This document shows, one piece after another, positions 36,086 through 46,470 of a DNA stretch of 64,000 nt. Made by a program: the position numbers and the translations under genes. The notes below the pieces were generated by a model. That model did no database searches. It had not been told where the DNA came from and worked only from the letters and a program-made list of their open reading frames with translations. Positions within the stretch are counted from its first letter, which is position 1; each line of letters opens with the position of its first letter. The DNA is from an uncultured Chlamydiae bacterium (GTDB lineage Bacteria; Chlamydiota; Chlamydiia; Chlamydiales; SM23-39), in assembly GCA_963828125.1 (NCBI GenBank), contig CAWHDP010000002.1, forward strand, positions 384,001-448,000, given 5' to 3'.

Positions 36086-37198
36086 TTATAAAAGCACCTT
36101 GAGAGGAGGGTAATATTCATAGCCTAGATCTTTAGCTACGAAAGGGTTTGTCACTTTTCCGAAGTGTACGTTGAGCCCTTCCATCAACCCCTTGTCCTCT
36201 CGCATGGCTTTTTTATAGCCTAAAGAGGCCAGTTTGAGGGCATAAGGGAGAGTTGCATTCGCAAGTCCTTGAGTGGAGGTCCTCGCGCACGCAGCGGGCA
36301 TATTTGTGACGCCGTAATGGACCACGCCATCCACGATAAATGTCGGATTGGAATGGGTCGTCGGGTGAATCGTTTCAACGCAGCCCCCCTGGTCGATTGC
36401 GATATCGATGATCACCGAGCCGGGCGCCATTTTTTTTACCATCGCCCTGGTGACGAGCTTTGGCGCAGTGGCCCCTGGAATGAGTACCGCCCCGACCACG
36501 AGATCGGCCTCGAGAACCGCAGATTCGATTGCAGCCGGAGTGGAGAAAACCGTCTTTAGAGCCGGCGCATAGAGCCGGTCGAGCTCCCTTAAGCGGGGTA
36601 AACTCCGATCGAAAATCGTCACATCGGCCCCAAGCCCAAGGGCCATCCGCATCGCCTCAGTCCCTGCGACTCCCCCGCCGAGTACGACCACCTTGCCCCG
36701 CTTCACTCCCGGAATCCCCCCAAGGAGGACCCCCCTTCCCCCATTGATCATTTGAAGGGCATTGGCCCCTGCTTGAATCGCAAGACGTCCTGCGATTTCG
36801 CTCATCGGCACCAAAAGAGGGAGCCTCCCTTGCTCATCGGTCACTGTTTCGAACGCTATCCCTACAACCTTTTTTTCCAAAAGGTGCTGGGTCTGTTCAG
36901 GATCAGGAGCCAAGTGGAGGTAGCAAAAAAGGAGCTGTCCCTCGTACATCAACGGAAATTCGGATTTTTGGGGCTCTTTTACTTTGATGATCATTTCGTT
37001 TCGATATATCTCACCTGCCGAATCGACCAGATGGGCCCCAGCGCTCTTGTACATCTCGTCTGTGAAGCCGATGTTGCTCCCCGCCCCTCTTTGGACTTCG
37101 ACTGCATGTCCCGCCTCTATCAGCGAACGGACCGATTCGGGCGTCGCTCCGACCCGATACTCATCTTTTTTGATCTCCTTCGGCACGCCAATCTTCAT
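36086..37198 (-). CDS. ald: Alanine dehydrogenase
   Basis: [38 protein letters not shown]. Confidence 0.96.
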   Translation of the reverse strand: MKIGVPKEIKKDEYRVGATPESVRSLIEAGHAVEVQRGAGSNIGFTDEMYKSAGAHLVDSAGEIYRNEMIIKVKEPQKSEFPLMYEGQLLFCYLHLAPDPEQTQHLLEKKVVGIAFETVTDEQGRLPLLVPMSEIAGRLAIQAGANALQMINGGRGVLLGGIPGVKRGKVVVLGGGVAGTEAMRMALGLGADVTIFDRSLPRLRELDRLYAPALKTVFSTPAAIESAVLEADLVVGAVLIPGATAPKLVTRAMVKKMAPGSVIIDIAIDQGGCVETIHPTTHSNPTFIVDGVVHYGVTNMPAACARTSTQGLANATLPYALKLASLGYKKAMREDKGLMEGLNVHFGKVTNPFVAKDLGYEYYPPLKVLL

Positions 37199-37417
37199 CT
37201 GTGACTCCCTTTTTTCTCCTACATAAACGATTTGGAAGGAAAAAGGGAAGTTTTCCTATTAGCGACGAGCGATTGGCGAAAGATGGCGTGACAGATTGAG
37301 CAGATTTTTCGCGAATGAAGCGCCGGCCTCACCAAAAAGAGAAAAAGATTTTTCACAGTTGTGGCACTGAAAATCACAATTCTGTTACTACTATGATCCT
37401 ACGATTAGGAGAGTGAA

Positions 37418-38758
37418 ATGCAGATTTTGATGGTCGGAACGGGTTATGTCGGATTAGTCACGGGAGCTTGCTTTGCTGAAATGGGCCACACTGTCACCTG
37501 TCTCGATATCGACGCCGAAAAAATTCAGCTCCTCGAACAGGGGATGATCCCCATCTATGAGCCAGGGCTCGAAGAGATCGTCAAGCGCAACGTCAAGCAG
37601 CGGCGCCTTTTTTTTACCACCGATTATGCGAAAGGGGTTGCGTCGGCCTCTGTCTGCTTCATTGCGGTGCCGACCCCATCCCGCGAAGATGGCTCTTGCG
37701 ACACTCGCTTCGTCGAAGCGGCTGCCAAGCAAATCGCAGAGCACATGAATGGCTACAAAATCATCGTCAATAAATCGACAGTTCCTGTCGGAACGGCCCA
37801 CCGGGTTGCAGCGGCGATCCGCGAGGTCAATCCAGATCTTTTGTTCGACGTCGTCTCCAATCCCGAATTTTTAAAAGAGGGGGCCGCCGTCCAAGATTGT
37901 TTGAAGCCCGACCGGATCATCATCGGCTCAGATCAGCCGAAGCCGGCCGAAATTCTCAGGGAAATCTACGCTCCGTTTACAATCAACCACGAGCGGATTA
38001 TGCTCATGGACACGTTGTCTGCTGAGATGACCAAATATGCAGCCAATGCGATGCTCGCGGCCCGGATTTCGTTCATGAACGAGATCGCCGATATCTGCAA
38101 GCGGGTGGGGGCCAATGTGAACGAAGTGCGGAAAGGGATCGGTTCCGATAGCCGGATCGGATATAGCTTCCTCTATCCAGGAGTTGGCTATGGGGGATCT
38201 TGCTTTCCAAAAGACATTAGGGCTCTGATCGCCATCGCGAGAGCCATCGGAGCTGAGCCGCTTCTCCTCGAGGCGGCAGATGCGGTCAACAACCGGCAAA
38301 AAAAATATTTAAGCCAGATGATGAATCGCTACTTTTCAAAAAAAGGGGGGCTTCAGGGCAAGACGATTGGGATCTGGGGTCTGGCGTTTAAACCCGATAC
38401 GGATGATATGCGGGAGGCCCCCGCCCTCTCTCTCATCGACGATCTGCTGAAGCAAGGGGCAAAACTCAGGGTCTTTGATCCAGTGGCTATGCCCAATGCG
38501 AAAAAAATCCTCGAGGGGGTCCCCAATATCGAATGGTGCGCTGATGAATTCGATGCGGCTCAAGGGGCCGATGCGATCGCCCTCATCACCGAATGGAAGC
38601 AGTTCCGGCTCGTCGATTTCAAGCCTGTTCGGGACAAAATGAGAGGATTGGCCTTTTTCGATGGGCGGAACCAGTACAAACCTCTGGACATGAAAAGCAA
38701 AGGGTTTGATTATATGTCTATAGGCGTACCAGATGTCCTCAATGATAGAAAAAATTGA
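37418..38758 (+). CDS. ugd: UDP-glucose 6-dehydrogenase
   Basis: GTGYVGL, KSTVPVGT, SNPEFLKEG, GYGGSCFPKD. Confidence 0.95.
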   Translation: MQILMVGTGYVGLVTGACFAEMGHTVTCLDIDAEKIQLLEQGMIPIYEPGLEEIVKRNVKQRRLFFTTDYAKGVASASVCFIAVPTPSREDGSCDTRFVEAAAKQIAEHMNGYKIIVNKSTVPVGTAHRVAAAIREVNPDLLFDVVSNPEFLKEGAAVQDCLKPDRIIIGSDQPKPAEILREIYAPFTINHERIMLMDTLSAEMTKYAANAMLAARISFMNEIADICKRVGANVNEVRKGIGSDSRIGYSFLYPGVGYGGSCFPKDIRALIAIARAIGAEPLLLEAADAVNNRQKKYLSQMMNRYFSKKGGLQGKTIGIWGLAFKPDTDDMREAPALSLIDDLLKQGAKLRVFDPVAMPNAKKILEGVPNIEWCADEFDAAQGADAIALITEWKQFRLVDFKPVRDKMRGLAFFDGRNQYKPLDMKSKGFDYMSIGVPDVLNDRKN

Positions 38759-39581
38759 ACTCCGCTTAAGAGAGCTGATCCCGTCCAGAGATGAGACGAT
38801 CTTCGAATCGGCCCGCTATTTGCTCCTTTCTACCGGCAAACGGATCCGGCCGCTCTTAACTCTTGCTGCAGCTGCTGTTTTCGGGGCCGACCCATTGACG
38901 GTTCTCGACGCCGCCTGCGCTATCGAGATGATCCACACCTATTCGCTCATCCACGACGATCTCCCCTGCATGGACAATGACGATCTCCGCCGCGGCAAAC
39001 CGACCCTCCACAAAGTCTATGGAGAGGCGATGGCGGTCCTCGCCGGCGATTACCTCCTCACCTTTGCCTTCGAGGTGATCGGAAACTGCCAAGCCCTCGG
39101 GAGGGAACAAAGGCTCCAAATGATCACAGCGATCGCCCGGCGTGCCGGCGCGCCAGGTTTGATCGGCGGACAGGCTCTCGATATCGAGTCGAAAGGGAAA
39201 GAGATCGATGAGGAGACCCTCTTGCAAATGCACTATGGAAAAACATCGGCCCTCTTCACCGCTTCCTTGGAATGCGGCAGCCTTGCGGCAGGCTTCCTCC
39301 CCACTCCCCTCCTCCAATCGATCGGAAGAGATCTCGGCCTTGCCTACCAATTGCAAGACGATTTATTAGACGCCACCTCGACGACAGCTGTCCTCGGAAA
39401 AACAGTCGGCTCCGACTCTGTTCAGCAAAAGCCGACGGCTGTCTCCATCTATGGGCTGGCAGCTCTAGAGGCCAAGCTGAAGGGATTAGAGGGGTCCCTT
39501 TTTCAATCTTTAGATCAGCTTCCGAATCAAGGGATCCCTCTGAGGGTCTTATTCAAACAAATCTTTCAAAGAAAGTCTTGA
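38733..39581 (+). CDS. ispA: Polyprenyl (farnesyl/geranylgeranyl) diphosphate synthase
   Basis: GKRIRP, SLIHDDLPCMDNDDLRRGKPT, YQLQDDLLD. Confidence 0.92.
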   Translation: MSSMIEKIELRLRELIPSRDETIFESARYLLLSTGKRIRPLLTLAAAAVFGADPLTVLDAACAIEMIHTYSLIHDDLPCMDNDDLRRGKPTLHKVYGEAMAVLAGDYLLTFAFEVIGNCQALGREQRLQMITAIARRAGAPGLIGGQALDIESKGKEIDEETLLQMHYGKTSALFTASLECGSLAAGFLPTPLLQSIGRDLGLAYQLQDDLLDATSTTAVLGKTVGSDSVQQKPTAVSIYGLAALEAKLKGLEGSLFQSLDQLPNQGIPLRVLFKQIFQRKS

Positions 39582-39582
39582 T

Positions 39583-40581
39583 ATGAGTGAAGCGATTCTT
39601 GTAACCGGCGGCGCGGGCTACATCGGGAGCCATACATGCAAAACTCTCGCGCGAGCGGGGTATCTCCCTGTCGTATACGATAATTTGTCTACCGGCCACG
39701 CCTATGCGGTCAAGTGGGGCCCTTTTCTGCAGGGCGATTTGAACAATCGGGTGAAACTGAATGAGGCGTTCGAACTCTATCAGCCCAAAGCAGTGATCCA
39801 CTTTGCGGCCGACGCCATTGTGACCGAATCGATGAAAGATCCAGGCAAATACTACCGGAACAATGTAGGGAGTACGGTCGCCCTCTTGGAGGCGATGCAG
39901 GCCCACGGAGTGAAAAAATTGGTCTTTTCAAGCACCTGCGCACTCTACGGCCACCCTGAGTTCATACCCATTACCGAGAAGCATCCTGTCCTCCCGATCA
40001 ATCCGTACGGGAGATCTAAGTGGATGGATGAGATGATCCTTGCCGATTTTGGGATGGCTCATGGTATCGAGCCGGTCGTACTCCGTTACTTCAATGCCGC
40101 TGGGGCCGATTTGGAGACGGAGATCGGCGAACACCACAGCCCAGAGACCCACCTCATCCCTGCGGTGATTCAGGCGGCCCTCGGCCTAAGAGAGGAGATC
40201 GTCGTCTATGGAACAGACTTTCAATCAAAAGACGGAAGCGCAGTCCGAGATTTCATCCATGTCCAAGATTTGGCAGAGGCGCACGTCGCAGCTTTAAAGG
40301 CGAAGAGCGAGACGATCAACCTCGGAACGGGAACCGGCTACTCGGTTTTGGAAATCATCGATGCAGTCCAAACGTTTTGCGGCCAAAAAATCCAAGTGCG
40401 CCTCGAAAACCGGCGGCCTGGCGAGCCAGGGGTGTTGACGGCCGATCACACACTCGCCAAACATCATCTCGGCTGGACGCCCCGCTGCTCAGATCTCCCC
40501 ACGCTCATCGAATCGGCTTGGAAGTGGCATCAACTCCTCTTTGAAAACGCCCATTTAGTCCGCTCGGTTTTAAAATGTTGA
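39583..40581 (+). CDS. galE: UDP-glucose 4-epimerase
   Basis: VTGGAGYIGSH, FSSTCA, YGRSK, LRYFNAAGA. Confidence 0.95.
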   Translation: MSEAILVTGGAGYIGSHTCKTLARAGYLPVVYDNLSTGHAYAVKWGPFLQGDLNNRVKLNEAFELYQPKAVIHFAADAIVTESMKDPGKYYRNNVGSTVALLEAMQAHGVKKLVFSSTCALYGHPEFIPITEKHPVLPINPYGRSKWMDEMILADFGMAHGIEPVVLRYFNAAGADLETEIGEHHSPETHLIPAVIQAALGLREEIVVYGTDFQSKDGSAVRDFIHVQDLAEAHVAALKAKSETINLGTGTGYSVLEIIDAVQTFCGQKIQVRLENRRPGEPGVLTADHTLAKHHLGWTPRCSDLPTLIESAWKWHQLLFENAHLVRSVLKC

Positions 40582-41096
40582 TCCTCGCCTTCTTCCTTGG
40601 CCTGGCTGCACTCATACTCCAAGGGATTTTGCTCCCTCGGCTCCCCATTTTGGCGCTCGCCCCATTTCTTTGCCTTGCCATGATCCGCTGCAAAAAAGAA
40701 AAAGCGCTCTGGCTCTCCGCTTTAGGAGGAGCGATCGTCGATTTACTATCGGACGATCCAATCGGACTGCACGCTCTGAATTATACTTTGGTCTCAGCTC
40801 TTTTATTTCGATTCAAAAACTATTTTTCGGACGATCAGCCATTCCACTTGTCCCTCTTCACAATGATCACCTCTTCCCTTTCGACCCTTTTACAACTCAT
40901 TCTCCTTTTTCTTTTTGACAGAAGAGTGCCCTTTGACGGAAGATGGATTTTTGCCGATCTGATCGGTATGCCAGCGATCGATGCGCTCTACGCCTTTGTT
41001 TGGTTTGCAGCTCCTCTTTCGCTCTACGATAAACTGAAAAAAATGTGGGTGGTATTTTGGCTGAGAAAAAAGAGTCTCTCTCGCACGTCACCTTGA
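40575..41096 (+). CDS. mreD: MreD-like membrane protein
   Basis: About 5 TM segments; GxxxDLLS..PIGLHAL motif. Confidence 0.6.
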   Translation: MLILAFFLGLAALILQGILLPRLPILALAPFLCLAMIRCKKEKALWLSALGGAIVDLLSDDPIGLHALNYTLVSALLFRFKNYFSDDQPFHLSLFTMITSSLSTLLQLILLFLFDRRVPFDGRWIFADLIGMPAIDALYAFVWFAAPLSLYDKLKKMWVVFWLRKKSLSRTSP

Positions 41097-41863
41097 CCGC
41101 CATTGAAGCGGCCCTACTCGCTGGAGAGATCCTCCGGCAAGGATTTGGAACCCATTTTGCGATCTCTTCCAAAGAGGGGAAACACAACCTCGTTACGGAA
41201 TACGATCACCACTCCGAAAAAGCGATTCTCGATTTTCTCGGCCAAAATGTCAAAGACTCCTCCTTCCTCGCTGAAGAGGGAGGACGGACGGGGAACAAAG
41301 AGAGCGAAGTGTTTTGGATTGTCGATCCGCTCGACGGCACAGTCAATTTCGCCCACCAAATCCCCGTCTTTTCCGTCAGCATCGCTGCCCAAAAAGGGGG
41401 GGAAACCGTCAGCGGGGTCGTCTATCAGCCGATCACTCACGAACTCTTCGTCGCCGAAATCGGCAAGGGGGCTTTTCTCAATGGGAAAAAACTAAAAGTC
41501 TCCGATGTGATGAGCATCGATCAGGCTATCTTAGCTACCGGCTTCCCCTATAATCTCGCAAAAAACCCGTTCCATTGCATCGACCATTTTGTCGAAATAT
41601 TGAAACTCGGCATCCCCATCCGCCGAATGGGATCGGCCGCCATCGACTTAGCCTATACGGCCGCAGGGCGTTTCGAGGGGTATTTTGAGGTGGAACTGGC
41701 CCCGTGGGATCTAGCTGCTGGAAAACTCCTCGTCGAAGAGGCTGGAGGGAAAATGACCCACTGGGATAAAAGGCCCTTCGACATCCATTCGCGCGAGCCG
41801 GTCTTCGCCTCAAACGGCCACATCCACGACGCCGGTTGCGCGATCCTCAGCCGGGCTGTTTGA
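41045..41863 (+). CDS. suhB: Inositol monophosphatase family protein
   Basis: LVTEYD, LAEE, WIVDPLDGTVNF, RRMGSAA, PWDLAAG. Confidence 0.92.
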   Translation: MGGILAEKKESLSHVTLTAIEAALLAGEILRQGFGTHFAISSKEGKHNLVTEYDHHSEKAILDFLGQNVKDSSFLAEEGGRTGNKESEVFWIVDPLDGTVNFAHQIPVFSVSIAAQKGGETVSGVVYQPITHELFVAEIGKGAFLNGKKLKVSDVMSIDQAILATGFPYNLAKNPFHCIDHFVEILKLGIPIRRMGSAAIDLAYTAAGRFEGYFEVELAPWDLAAGKLLVEEAGGKMTHWDKRPFDIHSREPVFASNGHIHDAGCAILSRAV

Positions 41864-43627
41864 ATGAAGCTGCTCGACGGAAAGAAGATCGGCGCCGAAA
41901 TTCAGGCGAGCATCGGGGAGAAGATCTCTAGAATCGAAGGGCGCAAACCTGGATTGGCTTTTATACTCATCGGAAATCATCCGGCCTCTGAATCCTATGT
42001 GAGGTCGAAAAAAAAAGCGTGCGGCGGGGTTGGCATCGTCTCAACGACGATTTTACTACCGGAAACAATCGGAGAATCCGATGTACTCAAAGAGATCGAT
42101 CAGCTCAATCGGAACCCTGCGATCGATGGGATCTTGGTCCAGCTCCCCTTACCCAAACACATCGATGAGCGGCTCATCACCGCCGCCATCGATCCCATGA
42201 AAGACGTCGACGGCTTCCACCCGCTCAATGTCGGAAAAATGCTCCTCGGCGAAAAGTGCCTCCTCCCCTGTACGCCCCACGGCATCCAGGTTCTCTTGGA
42301 GAGGGCAAAAATCGCAGTGGAGGGGGAGCATGTAGTTATCCTCGGCAGAAGCAATATCGTAGGAAAGCCGCTCGCCGCCATCCTGATGCAAAAAAAACAC
42401 CACTGCAACGCCACCGTGACGATCGGACACAGTCAGTCAAAACACTTGGTAGAGATCGCCCGCTCAGCCGATATTCTCGTCGCCGCCACGGGGCAACCCC
42501 GCTTCGTCAAAAAAGAGATGGTGAAACCGGGCGCTACGGTCATCGATGTGGGAATCAACCGGATGGAAGACGGCAAACTCGTCGGCGACGTCGATTTTGA
42601 AGAGGTCTCTAAAATCGCTGGCGCCATGACGCCCGTTCCCGGCGGCATCGGCCCCATGACGATCGCCATGCTGCTTCAGAATACCCTCTCCTGTTTTTTA
42701 AAGCTTTTTTTCCTTTTATTTGTAGTTGTCTCATGCCAACCTTCAGAAAAAAAAGACTCGTGCACCCATTTCGAAGGGCGGGCCATGACGATGCCCTATC
42801 ATGTCACTATAGGCAAAGAGCTGACAGCCAAAGAGCACAAAACGGTTTTCGCGGTGATTGAGAAAATTTTTACCGAAGTGCATGAACGGTTTGACAACTG
42901 GAATCCCCATTCGGAAGTCTCCCAGATCAACGCCGCTCTGAAAGAGACCCTGATTCCCCTATCGCCCCCTATGCAAAATATCTTGACCCTCTGCGATAAG
43001 ATCGTCCATTTAAGCGGCGGGAGATTCGATCCAACGATTGAACCGCTTGGAACCCTTTGGCGAGAAGAGGGGAAAAGCCCAAATATAGAGACGCTCCAAA
43101 AAGCATGCGACGCCGTCGGCTGGAACCACCTCGCCATTCACAACGGCATTCTTAAAAAAGGGCGCGACGGCACCCGCCTCGATCTTTGCGCGATTGCCAA
43201 AGGACAAGGAATCGATTGGATCGTCGAAGCGCTCCACCAACTGGGTATTGAAGATTTAATGGTCGAATGGGCCGGTGAAATCCGGGCGATGGGCCATCAT
43301 CCCGAAAATCGAGATTGGCTCGTCCCCATCAATCCGGCCCTCATGATCGGCCAAAAACCGATGGCCCCCATCCCGCTCCGCAATAGCGCCATCGCAACCA
43401 GCGGCGTCTGCCGCCATCAGATCATCGACCCCTCCACAGCAGCCCCCTTGGAACAAACCGAATACTCCGTCGCTTATGCCGCTGTCATTGCGCCAACAGC
43501 CGCTCTCGCCGACGCCCTATCGACCACCGCCCTCCTCTTCGCCACTCGCAAAGAAGCCGAAAGCTGGGCTCAAGAAGTCGTAGAACTCTATCCCGACGTC
43601 CGTTTTTGGATTTTGAGTCGTAAATAG
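41864..43627 (+). CDS. folD: In-frame fusion of FolD (methylene-THF dehydrogenase/cyclohydrolase) and ApbE (FAD:protein FMN transferase)
   Basis: N-terminal FolD motifs DGILVQLPLP, KDVDGFHP and TPVPGGIGPMTIAMLL; hydrophobic lipobox FVVVSC; then ApbE motifs FDPTI, LDLCAIAKG, AIATSG and ADALST. Confidence 0.9.
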   Translation: MKLLDGKKIGAEIQASIGEKISRIEGRKPGLAFILIGNHPASESYVRSKKKACGGVGIVSTTILLPETIGESDVLKEIDQLNRNPAIDGILVQLPLPKHIDERLITAAIDPMKDVDGFHPLNVGKMLLGEKCLLPCTPHGIQVLLERAKIAVEGEHVVILGRSNIVGKPLAAILMQKKHHCNATVTIGHSQSKHLVEIARSADILVAATGQPRFVKKEMVKPGATVIDVGINRMEDGKLVGDVDFEEVSKIAGAMTPVPGGIGPMTIAMLLQNTLSCFLKLFFLLFVVVSCQPSEKKDSCTHFEGRAMTMPYHVTIGKELTAKEHKTVFAVIEKIFTEVHERFDNWNPHSEVSQINAALKETLIPLSPPMQNILTLCDKIVHLSGGRFDPTIEPLGTLWREEGKSPNIETLQKACDAVGWNHLAIHNGILKKGRDGTRLDLCAIAKGQGIDWIVEALHQLGIEDLMVEWAGEIRAMGHHPENRDWLVPINPALMIGQKPMAPIPLRNSAIATSGVCRHQIIDPSTAAPLEQTEYSVAYAAVIAPTAALADALSTTALLFATRKEAESWAQEVVELYPDVRFWILSRK

Positions 43628-43720
43628 ATCTGAACGCGGAGCTGAGAAATGGCCGAAGCCCAGTTTTACAGGCTATATAAATCTCTTGTAGCATAACTGT
43701 TCCTCTTTTATCATGGGGCC

Positions 43721-45856
43721 ATGACCTCAAAAAAACGGAGAGGGGGGGCCAAGAAAACGAAGATCGCCTCAAATCTAGCCAGAACCCTCGAACAATTCAT
43801 ACGCGGAAAGCGCTATAGCCCATCTACACTATCGGAGCTCACCCACCAACTAGACGTCCACGACGTCCATAGACCCCTTTTCAAAGAAATCCTTGACGAT
43901 CTTGTGGATCGAGGGGAACTGGCCATCCAAAGGGAAAAATATACTCTTCCTTCCTCCGCTCAATTGATCACCGGTACGATCAGCGTCCACCCAAAAGGGT
44001 TCGGATTCGTCCGATGTGCAGAGGGCCCCGATGTCTTTATCCCCAAACAATCGCTTATGGGTGCGGTCGATGGCGATACCGTCGAAGCGGAAGTCAATCC
44101 GGCGGTCTCGGCGAAGGGGCCTGAGGGGATTGTCATCGCTATTTTAAGGCGGAGCCGAACCCACTTGGCTGGAACGGTTCTCCAAAAAGCGGGCGGCCAC
44201 TACATCGCCTATGCTCCGCTTCTGGGCGTCGAAAAACCGATTAAGGTGACGTCCAAAACCGCCTTAAATCAGGGCGATCGGATCATTTGTAAAGTGATCA
44301 CTTGGCATAGCGAAGGGGATCTCGTCGAGGCGGAAATGACCCGCTGTATCGGCCATATTTCCGACCCGTCGATCGATATCCAGGCGGCGATCGAAGAGTT
44401 CGAGCTGCCCGATGGCTTTAGTCTGGAGGCGCTCAACGAGGCGAAAAGCTACGGCACAAAGGTGAGTACAAAGGGGAGATATGATTTGTCCGAGTGGGAA
44501 ATCGTGACGATCGATCCAGACACAGCCAAAGATTACGATGATGCGATTTCCCTCAGCCGCGATGAACGGGGCCACTTCCTTTTGGGGGTCCATATCGCCG
44601 ATGTGAGTCACTACGTCAAGGCGGGGAGCCATCTCGATCGGGAGGCTTATTTGCGCTGCAATTCCACCTACTTTCCGGGCCAGTGCGTCCCTATGCTCCC
44701 TGAAGAGCTGTCCAATGAGCTTTGCAGCTTGAAACCCAAAGTGTTAAGACTCACTCAATCGGTCTTCGCCGAATTTAGCCCAGAGGGAGATCTGATCGAT
44801 TATCAGATTGTCCGAGCCTGTATCAAAAGCCAAAAGCGGTTCACTTATAAAGAGGCTTTGGCTGTGATCGAGGGGAAGAAAAAAAGCCCTCATGCCGCCC
44901 TTTTGGCGCGGATGGTCGATTTTTGCCATGTGCTGAAAAAAAAGCGGACCGAGCGGGGGAGCATCGATTTTTCTATGCCTGACGATGTAATCCAGGTCGA
45001 CGACAAAGGGGTTCCGCAAAAAATCGAGCGGGTCGAATACGATATCACTCACCAAATGATCGAAGAGTTCATGCTCAAGGCAAATGAAATCGTGGCGACC
45101 CATTTGGCCAAACAGGGCAAAAGCCTCATCTACAGAGTTCATGACCAGCCGTCGCCAGAATCGTATCAAGATTTCTACACTTTTGCCCGCTCTCTTGGCT
45201 TCCAACTCCCTGCAGAACCGTCGCGCCGCGATCTGCAAAAACTGTTTGAAGAGGCGAAGGACTCCCCCCTTTTGCCTCAACTCTCTGTGAGCTTCATCCG
45301 GAGCATGCGCCTGGCCGCCTATTCTCCAGAAAATTTGGGCCATTTTGGACTTGCTTTAGAACACTATTGCCATTTCACAAGCCCAATCCGCCGCTACACC
45401 GACCTGATCATTCAGCGGCTCCTCTTCGATGAGCTGCCCGAAACAGCCAATATAGAGGCGATTTCAACCGCTTGCTCCGAAAAAGAGAGGGTCTCCTTCC
45501 GCGCCGAAAGCTCGGTCGTCCTCTTGAAAAAGCTCCGCTTAGCGGGTACCTATTTCGAGGCAGATCCCACCAGAATCTATCCGGCCATCGTCACCCGGAT
45601 CAAGCCGTTCGCCCTTTTTTTCGAGGTCCCCCTTTTCGATCTCGAAGGAAATATCCACGTCTCTAAGCTCGGCAACGACTACTTTGAATACAATGCGGGA
45701 AAAATGTCTTTCCGCGGCAGCCGGAGCGGAAAATCGTACATCGGCGGCCAGCAGATCTTCGTCCGGCTCGACCGGATCGATTATATTTTAGCCCAATCTG
45801 AATGGACTCTGGTCTCTGAACCGGCGACGCTGCCCAAAAAAAAGAGAGGAAAATGA
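43721..45856 (+). CDS. rnr: Ribonuclease R
   Basis: HPKGFGF, TIDPDTAKDYDDAIS, IEEFML, HFTSPIRRYTDL, C-terminal S1 domain. Confidence 0.95.
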   Translation: MTSKKRRGGAKKTKIASNLARTLEQFIRGKRYSPSTLSELTHQLDVHDVHRPLFKEILDDLVDRGELAIQREKYTLPSSAQLITGTISVHPKGFGFVRCAEGPDVFIPKQSLMGAVDGDTVEAEVNPAVSAKGPEGIVIAILRRSRTHLAGTVLQKAGGHYIAYAPLLGVEKPIKVTSKTALNQGDRIICKVITWHSEGDLVEAEMTRCIGHISDPSIDIQAAIEEFELPDGFSLEALNEAKSYGTKVSTKGRYDLSEWEIVTIDPDTAKDYDDAISLSRDERGHFLLGVHIADVSHYVKAGSHLDREAYLRCNSTYFPGQCVPMLPEELSNELCSLKPKVLRLTQSVFAEFSPEGDLIDYQIVRACIKSQKRFTYKEALAVIEGKKKSPHAALLARMVDFCHVLKKKRTERGSIDFSMPDDVIQVDDKGVPQKIERVEYDITHQMIEEFMLKANEIVATHLAKQGKSLIYRVHDQPSPESYQDFYTFARSLGFQLPAEPSRRDLQKLFEEAKDSPLLPQLSVSFIRSMRLAAYSPENLGHFGLALEHYCHFTSPIRRYTDLIIQRLLFDELPETANIEAISTACSEKERVSFRAESSVVLLKKLRLAGTYFEADPTRIYPAIVTRIKPFALFFEVPLFDLEGNIHVSKLGNDYFEYNAGKMSFRGSRSGKSYIGGQQIFVRLDRIDYILAQSEWTLVSEPATLPKKKRGK

Positions 45857-46470
45857 AGAGGTACTTTCTCACCGGGCTTGTCACGCTTCTCCCTCTCGCT
45901 GTGACAATCTGGGTGGTCCATTTTTTGGTCAATTTTTTAACCAAACCTTTTATCGGCATTGTCGCAATTTTGACAGATAGGCTCCCCATCGCCTCACCTC
46001 AACTCATCCGAACCCTCAGCCAAATCTTTATTCTAATCGGAATCTTTTTTCTCACCCTTTTTCTCGGCTTCGTCGCCCGAAAGTTTTTCTTCAATCAGAT
46101 GATCCGCCTCGGGGATCGATTCCTCGACCAAATTCCGCTCGTCGGCAAAGTCTACAAAACCTCAAAAGAGATCGTTAAATCGATTTTTGGCTCCAAAGAG
46201 AGATCTTTCAGCCAGGTCGTCATGGTCCCCTTCCCCTACGCCGGATCTTACTGTATCGGACTCATTGCAAAAGCCGCCCCCCGCACCTGTTCCGAGGCCG
46301 AACAGCATGAACTCATCTCCATTTTCATCCCGACCACCCCCAATCCGTCTACCGGCTACTTAGTCATGTGCCAAAAATCGGAATTAGTCTACCTGGATAT
46401 GAAAACAGAGGAGGCAATTAAGTATGTCGTCTCTTGCGCTGTCATCCAACCGGAGGGAAAACAGAGATGA
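45853..46470 (+). CDS. DUF502 family membrane protein (copy 1)
   Basis: FLTGL..LLPL, IPLVGKVY, FIPTTPNPSTGYL. Confidence 0.85.
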   Translation: MKRYFLTGLVTLLPLAVTIWVVHFLVNFLTKPFIGIVAILTDRLPIASPQLIRTLSQIFILIGIFFLTLFLGFVARKFFFNQMIRLGDRFLDQIPLVGKVYKTSKEIVKSIFGSKERSFSQVVMVPFPYAGSYCIGLIAKAAPRTCSEAEQHELISIFIPTTPNPSTGYLVMCQKSELVYLDMKTEEAIKYVVSCAVIQPEGKQR

